From Yuukianura sp. NJ FZ-2021 (taxonomy: Eukaryota), in the NCBI GenBank assembly GCA_046563655.1, contig CM102287.1, forward strand, positions 7,812,001 to 7,876,000: a stretch of 64,000 bases of DNA, read 5' to 3'. Both the position numbers and the translations under genes were made by a program. Under the pieces are notes generated by a model, which saw only the letters and a list, made by a program, of their open reading frames with translations, was not told where the DNA came from and searched no databases. This document shows, piece by piece, positions 29,101-41,712 of this stretch (position 1 is its first letter; each line of letters begins with the position of its first letter).

Positions 29101-31976
29101 GTTAACCAAAATTGTATAAAAATATTAAGAATTATGTAAAATTACGACGCCAAATCATTGAATTTTTGCTTTTAGTGTTCCAAGACTTGCGGCCTGGGAA
29201 CAATGACACGACGCGTCTTCTGTGTTGGCGAGAAAGATCGTGAAGTGGTGGACGAATCGTTTTGTATTCTCAGTCATTTGCTGAAACCCGAAGGTCAAAA
29301 GGCTTGTCAGGTCATGGAATGTCCAATTTTAACGACCACAACTACAACAACTACAACTACGGTAGTCTTTAAAAACTAAATGCAATTCATAATTTTTTTA
29401 AAAGTGGAACAATTTTAAGTAATTTTTTTTATTTTTAGACACCCGCAGCACCTACCACAAGAAGTAAGAACGCAATTCCCCAAAGTGGCAAATACTCAAA
29501 ATATGGACACGTTTCTTTTGGACATTCACGCTTTCGAAATGGAGAAGTGGACAACGCTATTGACGCATTGGCTTACGACTTCGACCTTCCGCAGAGCAGC
29601 CCCCTTGTAGCTGAAGCAACAAATCGATTCAAATGGAAGCCAGAAGCGTGGACAGAGGTTTTTGTTGACACAATTTCAAAATGTTTTGAACAAGAGTTGG
29701 GTGTTTCCTAAATCGCTTCGAAATCTTTTTAGTGTTACGTGGACCACCTCGGAAAGCGAGTACGCAGGCGTCGTGTAACTTGCGTCTTAGGAAATCAGCC
29801 CGTTGATGACAGCCAGTGTACAAGAGCAAAGCCTCCAGTATCACAGGATTGCCGGAACCAAACTTTTTGGCACACTGGAAACTGGAGCAAATGTAATTCA
29901 ACTATTTGCGGCGAAGTGAGGACAATTTGCAGAAAATTTTAACAGAATATTAAACTAATTGGATCTGAGATGGTTGATTTTTATATCTGCAGGGGTTCGA
30001 GAACAGAGTTGTGGAATGTCGAACATTGGCTGACCAGCGGAGGGTGCCAGACGACGGTTGTCGCGGAGAAGTTCCACTTCGGTTCAAACCTTGTACAGCA
30101 AAATGTGTCATTTCTGGAAACGTCAGTCCAAGATCTCGTTCAAATCGTGGCTTTGGATCTGCCAGTATCTGGAGAACAGGATCTTGGAGTAAATGTTCTC
30201 AACTTTGTGGTGGAGGTTTCAAGCTACGTCAAGTCATTTGCCAATTTGAAAATGGAACTGCCAGTAGCTTCTGTGAGAATCGCTTGAAACCACCAAACAA
30301 CACTACTTGTGGAACCGAACCGTGTCCAATTTGGCACACGGGTTCTTGGTCTGAATGTACTGCAGAGTGTGGCGGAGGACTTCAAGACCGACGCGTTCAG
30401 TGTCGGGATTCAACTGGTCAGAACTTTCCGGATCATGTTTGCAGCAATGCCGTCAAGCCTCCGGCGACTCAACACTGTAACGACGAACCATGCGCAGATG
30501 AGAATGAAATGAGAGTTAGTATCAGACATCGGTGGGTGACCGGTACATGGACAAATGTAAGTGATTTCGTCTATTTAAATTTAACTTTGGCTATGTTCTA
30601 ATTTTTTTTTCTCCAATTCTGATTCCAGTGTTCGAAACACTGCGGAAAAGGTGTTAAGAAGCGGACGGTGGACTGCATGGAAGTAGTTTTTGAACTTCAA
30701 CAACGTACACAATCGATTGTTAATGCGACGCAGTGCAGCAAAATTCCAAAACCGAAGGCGGAGCGAGCATGTGCCAAATTTCCATGTCCCCATCAATGGG
30801 TCACGACGCATTGGTCAGAGGTAAAAAGCATTTTTGCAAGAATTTGTAATGAAAGTTTTAAAATACAACTTTTCTCAAAATTTTGAAAATATTTCAGTGC
30901 TCAACTTCTTGTGGATTTGGAATTCAAGGGCGCAGTGTCAGTTGTCATCGTGTGAACAAGTTTGGTTGGATTGACCCCGATGTTCTAACTTCCGGTTGCG
31001 AAGGAATTGAAAAACCGAAAGAGTATTCATATTGCTATCACTCCGATTGCAATTCCCCTTACAAGTGGCACACCGAACCCTGGAGTGCTTGTCCAACCAA
31101 TCGCTGCGGGAAACAAGTTCGGCAAAGACGCCGAGTCTACTGTGCTAGAAAAACGGATGGATGGAGAGTAGGCGGCCACTTTTGTCCAAAAAATCACAAA
31201 CCAAATAGAAAACGAAAGTGTGATGTCAAATCCTGTCTTCCAACGACATGTGCCGAATACAAAGCCACAAATCTCAGAGCTGTCGCTGATGGTAACGTGA
31301 CACTATTTGTAGGCGGAGCTAACATTACGATCTTCTGTAGCGGAATGAGCACTTCTGAGCCACTGGAGTACCTAACACTTCCGGAAGACAACTTTTCAGA
31401 AATCTACTCAAAACGGCTCATTCGTCCAGAAACTTGTCCAGAAAATGGGCGGAGAGTGGAGTCATGTGCTTGTATTGAAGATTCAAACAGGAGGTCGGGC
31501 TACACCAAGTTTCATAAAGTCCGTCTAAATGTCACCAGTCTAAAAGTCGACAGTAAGTGGACTAAAATTTCGTGTTCAAAAATGTTTTTCAAAATTTTGA
31601 TTTTTTGGATTTCTAGCTGAAGATTTTCGTTTTACAACGCAAATTAGCGGAAGTCCAATAGGATTTGGTGACAGCGGTGATTGTTACAGCAGTGTGAGCT
31701 GTCCTCAGGGACGTTTCAGTATTAATTTGCAGGGAACCAACTTCACAGTGTCCCCTGCAACCACATGGATCAGCCAAGGTCACAAGGCAGCCATGTGGAT
31801 CAACAAGTCAGAGGTCAGAAACCAATTTTTCAAAATTTTTGAACTCAAAAATTCAAAATTTCGAAATTCGTTGTTTACAGGACAGTGTCCGTGTCACTGG
31901 TAAATGTGGCGGCTACTGTGGAACATGCTCTCCAAACAGATCCATAGGTCTTAAACTTCAAGTGGCCGTTACTTAA
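8156..31976 (+). CDS. ADAMTS9: ADAMTS9/20-like (AdamTS-A / GON-1) secreted metalloprotease with TSP1 repeats and C-terminal GON domain
   Basis: Hydrophobic N-terminus in exon 8156-8393; prodomain exons 15362-15843 and 22379-22604; furin site RRKR|S then YVELMVV (25248-25387). The Zn motif HELGHVLNMPHD spans exons 25848-26000 and 26105-26266. Then disintegrin-like, TSP1, Cys-rich ([10 protein letters not shown]) and spacer regions, many WSxCS TSP1 repeats (28290-31250), and a GON domain ending CGGYCGTC...VAVT* at 31976. All junctions are GT-AG and phase-compatible. Confidence 0.95.
8960..9300. repeat. Degenerate minisatellite, ~51-55 bp unit, about 6 copies
   Basis: Recurring unit resembling TTTTGCGAGATTTTTGTGATTTTC..GAGATACC; GAGATA/GAAATA anchors near 8990, 9040, 9097, 9148, 9201 and 9252. 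Confidence 0.8.
13704..13716. promoter_or_regulatory. Perfect DR1 nuclear-receptor-type element (TGACCTTTGACCT)
   Basis: Exact AGGTCAaAGGTCA on the minus strand, in ADAMTS intron 1. Function is inferred. Confidence 0.45.
14470..14625. repeat. Degenerate tandem repeat, ~30 bp unit, about 5 copies
   Basis: Recurring unit like AAAAGTTAGACGAAACAATTGAAATTGCTG in ADAMTS intron 1. Confidence 0.7.
21237..21249. promoter_or_regulatory. Perfect DR1 element (TGACCTTTGACCT)
   Basis: Exact match in ADAMTS intron 2. Function is inferred. Confidence 0.45.
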
Positions 31977-33395
31977 CAAGTGAAAGCTACAAATTAATCC
32001 AGGGGAAAACTTTGATTTCCTTTTCAGTATTTTTGTATTGTTAGCAAAAAATTTAAACTCAGTTTTTGTTGTTTTTGAAACGTTATTACAAAAAGTAACG
32101 CTACTCCGCTACATTTGTACTGCCATGAAACACAGTTTCCTCACAGCAGCAACCGGAAATGTGTGAAATGTTCTGCAAATCCTGCCAAAAAATCCAAATT
32201 TACAAAATTTCCATTGCCAATTTCCTGTATTCTTCAAGAACAGATTAGCTAAGAATGTTTTTTGATTTTGACTAGAGAAGGACAGAGGGAATTATGAACA
32301 AGTTCAAAATGGTGCAATAATTTTAAGCCAACAGAACGCTAACTCAACATTTCTAATCGTTGAATTAATGACTATTTGTTAAGTTTTATTAATTTTTACT
32401 TTGCCAATTATTAATTGCAAATCAACTGCCACTACTACTTACTCTCTCCATACTCTCCAAACTACTGTCGAGTGTTGTATTTAGCTAGTCATTTTTGTAA
32501 CAAAAGTTAATAGTGAAATACTCATTTACACTAAATTACTAAAAAAAAAAGTTGGGATAATTTGAAAATTTAATTCGCAATTTGGATCAAAACGTAATCT
32601 AGCGTTACGATACAAATCCATAACTAAAGACTATTGGTTAAAATTATTGTTTTCACATGCATGTTGCAATTTTAATTTCACTGCCGATTTTTGCTAAATA
32701 AGTATTATTTGTTACTCACAATGGAAATGGCCATTTCGAAATTTCTTTGGCACGAATTAAGAATTTGGCTAGCGATTCTGGAAAAGATTCATTTGAAATT
32801 TTTTGACTCAGCATATACTGGCTAATGGTCAGCAATAGTTTTGAAGTGACATTTCCAAAAGGTCAATTCCATCGAGAACGAGCTCTGTAAGTTAACAATT
32901 TCCGTACAACTACTTGTCAGCTTTGAACGAAGCAAATTACGGTAAATAAAAGTCACAAATCCAGAAGCAGTACTCAAAGAACTGGTATGTTCTTTTTGAG
33001 TAAAAAATTTGATCATTAAAAAAATTTTCGTGGCTTTTATTGAGGGACACACGTCTCTCGTGTTACCTAGTTTTTGCTAAAAATATAAGAGTTTCTGAAA
33101 TTCGCCAAGCAAAAATTTAAACGGACTTGCAATCGGCAACCTTAAAAAGAAAGTAAAATTGACCACTTCAGCATAAAAATTATTGTGATGATCATTTTCA
33201 AAAAGAAATGACAATAGTTTCTAAGCGACCTACGTTTCGATTGCTATGAAGCAGAGGAAAGCATCTTCCTTTTATAATTCCATTTTCTCCTGTTTAGAAA
33301 CTTTTTCTGGTTTGGAGTTCTGGATATTTCCGGACAAATCAAATGCAAATGCAAAGTCACAGGTTTTCCCGATGAAATGGAATTCAAGCTCCTGT

Positions 33396-33408
33396 TGACC
33401 TTTGACCT
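33396..33408. promoter_or_regulatory. Perfect DR1 element (TGACCTTTGACCT)
   Basis: Exact match between ADAMTS and the BTB-ZF gene. Function is inferred. Confidence 0.45.
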
Positions 33409-35696
33409 CGTACTTTTTAGTCCTCATTCTCTACGAAATTGTTTTGTTAACCTAAAACATCTTAAAGCCGCTTTCCCCAAGAAATTTCTCCAGGGTCAGT
33501 CATTTCTAGTAGAGATTTTTCCAGAAATCAACAGTCCACACCCACCGTCCAGAAAATTTTGGCCAAACTTTGGGCCTGAGCAGCACATACGACTTCTTTT
33601 CCCGGATTCCGAGTGAACATTGTTCCTGGAAGGCACGCAACGGTTATTGAACACAACCTTAGGCTTTTTTCAACGTAAGCTTCAATAAGCTTTCCCAACG
33701 GCCAGGGAAAGGGACAACCTGCGACACAAGTAAGTTTTTTGGCCTCTCCTTTCGCCTGTCTACCCCGCACAAAATCCAAGACCAACCAGGAGAACCGTCG
33801 TCAGTCGACACCGTGTAACCCAACCTAGCCAAGCCAGGAACTTTGGCTCTCCGCTTGGAAAACCTTTGGACTTCAAGTCCAAAACTTGCATTCCCCGTCC
33901 AAACACTGAAACTCTTGTGGTTTCTCCTTCCAGAACCACGGATACATCCAACAGAACTCCAAAACCTTCAGTTTAGTTGTCGAGATAAAGGATATTCAAC
34001 CGTCACTAGCACTTTTTGCTAAAGCTCAAAGCCAACTAAAACTCGCCAACCTCCCCAAGTGCCGCCATTCTACTCCCAGCAGCCTCTCGGGGCAGAGTCT
34101 CTTGACCTCAATTCAGTTTCTCCAAACATCTCAAATCAATTTTTCCACACGTAAGCAACACAGCAGCGCAGATATCCAGGAAAAACTAAACTTTTCTTGA
34201 AGAATACGCCGTAAGTAATACTGAACAGGGAGTCAACCTTCCAGAAAAGTTGTACCATCAAGAAACACTTCTTTCTGAGAAGTAATTGGACTTGAGATTC
34301 ATCGCAATAGGAAGGAATTGGTAAGTTCAGATTTTCTGGTTCTGTGGCCTTCACTCCTTCGTCCTCTTTTTGGGGCCTCTCATTTCTATTGTTTCGTTCT
34401 TCTCTCTCCTTGGTTTGGGTATTCGTTGCAAAGCTGACTATTTTCTGCTGCTTGCTGTGCTGATGTAGTACTGTAGGCTGGTCGTTACGTAATCTTCATC
34501 GCATGAGTTTCTTTCTCAAGGACATTTTACAATTTACTCAGGGACTTGACGACCAGCCAGCCTCCCAGTTTAGTTTTCCAAGTCCAAACTGCTGAATCAT
34601 TGGCGCTGAGCTGTCTCTGCTGCTACTCGGCTTAGATTTCATAAACGGAAGTCGTTTCATAAACGTTGAAATTTTAACTTACTCTAAAGTTAGTGGTGGC
34701 ATTTTGTAGTTTTGAGTGAAGTGCTTGGAATCACGGCTTAATTTTGTCGGAAAAGGTAAACAAAGAATAGTAGCCGCCATTTTTGTTTTGTTTTGAGACG
34801 GGTGTTTAAAAACGCGGGGTTTAAATTAATTCAAAAATTCAAAATTCCCGCCAAATTAAAACCCGTGGGACCCGAAAGGAGGCCCCAAATAAATCAGGGA
34901 TTTCATCAGGATCAAGATAAGAGTTTATTATTCAAGGAATGTTCTGCGAGAGTTATTCCTATCCGACAGCTTAACGTTTTTCGAATAATTATTGGGAAAA
35001 CGTTTTTCGGCATTTCGCTTGTAACTAGCGAGTGAAATTCGGTTTACCCGAATCTTCTCTTTTGTACTCCCTAGCTAAATTGGTAAGTTGTAAAAGTAGT
35101 GCTTATTCTTGGCGCCGATCATCGTACCCTAGGAAACAGGAAGGACAAAGGGTCCCTTGAAGGGTTCCTTTTTGGACAGTAGTAGGGGAATTGCGCATCA
35201 TCTCCCCAAGCAAGCCTGTTTTCTGAGCAGGAATAAGCCATGGGTTTTGGTTCTTCTACGCCCTACGCTTTAGTGCAGTCAGCCAGCCAACCAGAGGATG
35301 TTGGTTGGTGATGATGTTTTAGTTGAGTAGTTCATGGCTCTTTGGTTTGGTTGGTTGTTGGGAGCGGAGATAGAGAAATACCTCGTCGACGTCGTCCGAA
35401 GGACACTCACACAACCAACCAAGCTAACCAGCACCAGCACTAGTACCAACGCCTGCCACGAGCATTTTATATCACGAGTGGATCCTACAGAAGTGCTTGA
35501 ATACTACACAGTCTTTCTTTCACTTCTCTGCAGAACAGAAGGCGCTCTCCGTTGCTCGCTACTTCTTCAACCGCTGCGGAACCTCGTCACCAACATCGAT
35601 CCAACGTCCAAGAAACAAGTCAAGGTGAAACACGAACTCTGACGAACAGATCGGAACAGAGTTACGCTGCGAAGTCTTGGGTTGATTCCCAAGAAA

Positions 35697-38600
35697 ATGC
35701 AGCATTTCAAGGCGTCACTTGCTGGATCCCCGGCTCCAAGTCTCCAGCAAATGTTGAGTACTCCAGCTGTACTAAGGAAAAAACCGATTCCGCAACTTCT
35801 GCAGTCACATCAAGCAATGTCGGGGAATCAGCGCAATGAACCCAGAGAAAAGTGTAAGTTTTATCTATTGGAGTAGGAGATAACATGGTTATTGCGCAGG
35901 CGCGGTGCTTTATTAATACTTTTTTATTTGATTCCAGATATGCGTTTGCGTGGAAAAATGCGGATACTCCAGAATGCATACCTTCAAGCCGGTGACATCG
36001 CTGATCGTGATGCTGATGTCGTTTTTGTTTGTGCTGATGGGAAAGTCCGGGCACACAAAGTGGTCCTCGTGACTGCTACGCCTTTCTTCAATGACATTTT
36101 CAATGGCCAGGTAAATTCTAAAATAAGAAAGAACGAAGAATTGACCAAAACTTTCAATTTTTGTATTTCTAATCCAAAATTCGGTCGTTTTTGTTTTCTA
36201 CAGAAAGCTGGATCCATGTCATCAGTTATTGTTCCGGATATCTCAGCAGGTAATTCGCTGTCTTCGGTAATTTGCTAATTTTTACGTTACAATATCTAAG
36301 GCCTAGGCGCCAAGGGCTCCAATGCAGTGAACTATTCGTGATTTTAATACACTTTTCCTTGTTGTGAATTTATCAGCTACCATGAAGATAATCCTGCTAT
36401 TGGCATACAAAGATAATTTGACGTTGACCAAAAAACAGATGCGGGATGTGGCTTTGCATCTTCCAATGTTTGGAATGGACCTCAAAAGCTTTGTCTTTGA
36501 CGAGAATAATTTAGCCGATCAGTCAGGAACTCCTGCACCCACAATAAGAAAACCTCCACCAATGATCAGTAGACCAAACCAGGGCCAGTTTCAACAAGGA
36601 CATAAAATTCAGAGACAAATCGGTAAGATATGCAGAATACAAAGTGTCACATGAATCTTAGTTGATAACGAATCCAAACCTTAACTTAAGATGAATCACG
36701 ATTCACGAATGGACTTTCGAAATTCCTTAGGAAGTATCACAATTTCTGGTACTGGCGGAATGGGGCCGCTGAGCATGACCAGAGCTGGAGTGACACCTTC
36801 ATCCAGTGGCGATGACGACGACTTCAAGGCCCAATTCCAAGGGTACGATGGCGCCAATCCACCACCGCTGAAACAAATTCGAATTTCCACGAATGCACAA
36901 GGTCAAACTCAAATTGTCAAGAAGAAGCCGGTTGCTGTTCCGGCTGCCAACTTTCGACGTATTGCACCGAAACCAACAGATGACATGCTTCCAATTCAAC
37001 CTGCCATGGACATGACGGTGGGGAATCAGGAAATTCAGTTTGAGGATAATGGCGGTGACGATGGACAAGTTCTGGATCCAGAAAGTAAGTTCAACACAGT
37101 CTTAATTTTTAAGTTACCAATTACTTCAAATTGTTTTGTTTTACTTTGCGGTTTTGTTACAGAAGGCAGGCTTATGATTCAGGAATGGATGAAAAATGTA
37201 TCACAACCAGATGAAGATGAAGACGGGGAAGGTTCGGCACAAGCAGGAACAGGATCCGCTAATAACCAGCAGCCAAGGAATCAATGTCTCATCTGCAACA
37301 ACATTTTTGATAACCCTGAGAAATGGCGGTGGCACGAATCCCATGTAAGACGATAAACTATAAAAACGTACTTTCGACGTTAATTTTGACTTAATTTGGG
37401 AATTGTTTTTTAGCATGTCGGTTTGGGAATCTTCAAATGCGCTTTCTGTGACGAACTGTTCAGTACATCCAGAAAAGTTTACCAGCACGAAATGATGGAG
37501 CACGGAGTTTCCGGTTCTGGGACCGCACCATTAGATGAACCGCCTGGAATTCCATCAGATTTTCAAATTGTTCAAGGGCGAAAGCGACGGTTTCAAGATG
37601 ATCATCAACCGCAGGAAGAAGGACAAGAGGGGCAGGGAGAAGCGCCTCCCAGAATGACACTTGTTAGAACTGCCAATGGTTCTCACTACAGACGTATTCC
37701 TGGACAGATTACGAAGAAAGTTTTGTCAAAGCTCAGTAGGAAGTCTGGATCACCGGCATTGAGCGGTGGAACAGTTGTTAGAGCCAGTGCTACTCCAAAT
37801 ATTGCTTGTGGAAGTACCCCAGTGGAAATCGAAGATCGAAAAATGAAACAGCTTCATTGGGTAAGTAAATCTTGATGAATAATTTTTTATGAATTTTGGT
37901 ACTCAAGCGTGAAATTCTGAATACTTTCAGGTATATGTTTGCAACAAATGTCAAACATGTTCGGATTCTATGGGTAAGTTTTGTTCGATAAATCTCAATT
38001 CGAAAATCTTCAAGAATTCAATCAATGATGTTGCATTTTTCGTTTTTAGGAAAAGCACAGGCCCACTTCACCAAATGCTTCACCGACAAGTCCATTCTGT
38101 TTGAAAACTCTGTAATGAAGTACAGACAAGGATTCTATGGAAGATGTCGATGTCCTTTGTGCCCCAGAAGATACACCACAAATCATGGATTTACTATCCA
38201 CTGTGGTCACATGCACAACGACTTCCGGTAAGTGGCTTTCTCAAAAGTATCTTTGAGGTAGAAATGTAACCTTATCATGAAAATTGTATTTTTAGGCGCA
38301 AGTTCCAACATTGCAGTGCTAATGACACCGTGTCTTGCATTTCCTGCCGTAAACAATTTGAACTACCATTCCAATTTCATGCTCATTTGGGAGACGATGG
38401 AGAATGTAATGCTGCTCCAGAATATTCTGCCCATGATACATCCACAAAGTGGATTGGAACTGAAATGCCTGGAGAAAAGAACACAAGCACCACTACCAAA
38501 AAAGAATCCAAAGTCAATTCAAAGCCGCCGAAGCTTACTCCTCAAAACAGTACAATTGCCCATGGACGAACAGTGTTAGAATCCCAAGCCAGATCAACTC

Positions 38601-39784
38601 GACTTGCCAACCGACGAACAATGACAACTGAAGCGGGAGTTCCAGAAGAAGAGTTCGAACCAGCAGAATGTCCAGTCTGTGGTGACATGGAGAACAAAAT
38701 CGTGGAGCATCTCGGTACAGCTCACAAGGAAATGGAGCTCAGCGTCAGCCGAATCAGCAACTCTGCTCTGCGATGTCTCAAGTGTGCCATTAGTTTTGGC
38801 ATTGGAGACTTGGTGTCTCACGACACTTACTGCTGCATCAGAAGTAAACAGTTTCAGCATGTGAAGGAACGGAAACTGCATCATCCCAAAGAGCCAGCAG
38901 TTGAGAAGAGTTCTGCCAATGGATTGAATGCTACACGGACAATTCCAGAAGGCATTGGAACTTCGCCAGTGGACACAATGGAGTTTTTTGACCAACTCAA
39001 TTCCAAGGAATTCCTTAGAAAAGCCATGAGATGTGGAGTCTGCGGCAGAATCAATTCCAAACTGGGCATCATTGCCGACTGTCTCCGATCCCACGGAATC
39101 TACCGATGTGCCCTTTGCTTAAATTCGTATTCTGACAAGAATCTTTACTCAACTCATCTTCGGACAGTACACACAGGGGAGAAGGGAAGACTCAAGTGTC
39201 CACTGTGTGACCGAGCCCAGTTTGTCAATGCTGGACAAGTAGCTGGTCACTTGCTGAATGCTCACTGGCTAAAACTTATTCAAGAGATCTACAGAGATGA
39301 CCGTGAAACTAATCAGAGTCAGGATACGAAGCCGAGAGTTTCGACGCCGCCAGTATCCACATCAAAGGCAGATGAATCTTCAGATGACAAGAAAAGTATT
39401 GTAGATCCAAAAGTAGAGATTCCGGATGAGGACAGCAAAGATGATGATTCTGATGACAGAAATGAAGAAGCGGCTGATGATGCTGATGCTGGTGACAGCG
39501 ACGTCTCTATGAAGAAAACTGAACAGCAAGAACAAGCAGAGGACGGAGATGATGAGCCAGAGGATCCTGAGGAAGAAACTAATGAAGCTGATGCTGAAGA
39601 TGACAATGACGCTGAAGATGATGAGGACATTGACGATGTCAATGGCAACCCTAAAGATGACGAAGACGCTAACGATGTCAATGAAGATGAGCCAGCAGAC
39701 GAAGATGACATGGCAGACATTCCAGAGCAAACGGCTGAAGATGAAGAAGGGTCTAACAGTCCAACGGACGACAAAAATGATTAA
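35697..39784 (+). CDS. BTB/POZ domain and C2H2 zinc-finger transcription factor with acidic C-terminal tail
   Basis: BTB signature DVVFVCADGKVRAHKVVLVTATPFFNDIF; several C2H2 fingers (CAFCDELF..HEMMEH, CALCLNSY..HLRTVHTGEK, CPLCDR..HLLNAH); D/E-rich tail. Exons: 35697-35853, 35938-36110, 36204-36249, 36377-36622, 36731-37084, 37163-37344, 37414-37860, 37931-37973, 38050-38227, 38296-39784. Confidence 0.88.
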
Positions 39785-40062
39785 GTCACGCCAGACTTTA
39801 AATATTTACGTAAAACTTTTTTCAAGTACAGACTTTTAAGAATGTTCCGCTTTCGCCTTCTTCTGCAATTGCGTAAATGCAACTGCAGCTAAACCTTGGA
39901 AATTTTCTGTACACATTGGCTACAGTTCCAACTTATCTATGCTGAATCCTTAATTTTTGTTTTAAACATTAACCTTCCAGGATTTCAAAAACAGAGAGGA
40001 GTCAACTATACTTATTTAAATTGTAAAGTTTCATTATATTAAAAATCAAGAGTAGAATTTTA

Positions 40063-40075
40063 AATAAACTTTATT
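40063..40075. terminator. Palindromic paired poly(A) signals AATAAA-C-TTTATT between convergent genes
   Basis: AATAAA on + at 40063-40068 and AATAAA on - at 40075-40070, lying between the BTB-ZF stop (39784) and the DEGS1 stop (40262). Confidence 0.6.
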
Positions 40076-40261
40076 GTTCAGTGAGTAATTTTGCCTTTTC
40101 TGCATCAAACGAAGCCTTCAAGGCTGTTTCTAGTTTGAAAGTTAAATTAAATAACATGGCGATTTACCGGTTACTTTAAGCAGTGAGCCAATGGTCCAAA
40201 GAGTGAGTGAGCAGAGAAAGCGCGACGTCTGCTAAATGCTGTTTGCTAGTCAAATCGTTGC

Positions 40262-41712
40262 TTAGTCCTCTTTGCCTGTGATTTTTTCCGAAGAAATGCT
40301 ACCGTTTTGGTTTTTCTCGGACATTTCCAGATTTCGCCGCTTAATTCGGGCATAAGGCCCGATGTCTGGATCAGTTATGAAGTCCCAGATGACTCTTGAC
40401 CACGAGTCATGATGCGGTAGGTTATCGTAATACTCCCGAGCAATTTCACGAACCTAACGAAGGAATCAAGTAATTAGTCACAACTAACTAATCCAGGCAC
40501 AATTTTAGTCCTAAACGCTGAATAAGAATCGTAATCTGCATAATTAGAAATGCAGTCGTACCTTAGGTAGGTTGCAGCCCGGGACGGCTGGAAAGTCGTG
40601 ATGCTCGTTATGGTAGCCAACGTTAAACGTGATGGCATTCAGAATTCCGTAGTATGAATACGTTTCAAATCCTTTACGGAACATGTAATGCTCGGAAATG
40701 AAGTGACCAGCTACAGGGTGAAAGCCTGAAAAAGGAAACCAAAAAAGTTATGCTTATGCAACTGAAAAGTCGATTACATACTGTAATACTGTATTTAAAA
40801 CAAAATACTTCCAATTGTGTACTTACCCATCGCAAGAAGGGATCCAGCGACCATGTAGACTAGAGATTTGACTCCACATGTGTACAGAACGAAGGCATCA
40901 AATGTTAGTTGTAGAACAACATTGAAAAGTTCCATTTTTGAAGGCGGCTTCGGGTTCATAAGAAGTGGTCGGATGCTGTAAAATAGCGGTTGAAGGAACA
41001 CCCAAATGAGCTTTGTAAAAGTATTGCTAAACAGTTTAGCTTCCAGTGCCGTGGGAATATCCGTGTCGTAATATTCGTCTCCTTGATACTGCAAGCATTA
41101 TCATGGTTAGCAAGCTAGAAGCTAGTTCTTCAACTTCCAATATTCAAAAATCCTACAATCAATTATACGTACACGATGATGTTCCAAGTGGTATTTTTTG
41201 AAGGCAATCGAAAAAGGAATTCCAATTGGCAAATTGGCCACAAATCCCAGAATCCGGTTCGCCAGAGGTCGACTGTGTCCAAATGCCAAGTTGTGGGCAA
41301 TTTCATGGATTGCTGAGAAAAACAACGGTCAAAGTAAGTTTTCACTGAAAACATACGAAATACCGTGCTGGCAAACTTACAAAGCATGAGGGAATGGTTG
41401 ATGACTCCGCCAAAGCAGTATGCGACGAGAAACATGAGTTTCCAACTTAGGTCTTGAATAAGGTAGATCATCACAAATTGAGTTAGAACCATCATCATCA
41501 CGATCCATTTGAACCGAGTGTCAAATCCAAACAGCTTCTTGATTTCTGGGTATTTCTCTGAAATCAAAATAATAAAATTTTAGTTACAGTTTTAATTGAT
41601 ATAAGGCTTAAGGAAAGAATGCAATTTTACTTAGGATTTCCTTCCTTCTGCTGGCATGGGGTTCCTCTTGATCAGTCCACTCAAAGTCTGTTCTCGATAC
41701 ACGTTGACCCAT
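40262..41712 (-). CDS. DEGS1: Sphingolipid delta(4)-desaturase DES1 (infertile crescent)
   Basis: N-terminus [27 protein letters not shown]; His boxes HEIAH, HLEHH and HNEHH; D..DTDIPT. Exons: 41712-41631, 41557-41381, 41312-41173, 41088-40827, 40725-40562, 40453-40262. Confidence 0.97.

Noticed and set aside
33377..34354. Several 60-85 aa ORFs between ADAMTS and BTB-ZF
   Set aside because: No recognisable motifs, and I could not build a consistent spliced frame on either strand.
35334..35642. 102-aa ORF upstream of the BTB-ZF start
   Set aside because: It crosses the intron polypyrimidine tract and acceptor, and is explained by the GC-rich structured intron.
39319..39839. Antisense and alternative-frame Ser- or Met-rich ORFs
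   Set aside because: Shadows of the GAT/GAA-rich acidic tail of the BTB-ZF gene.
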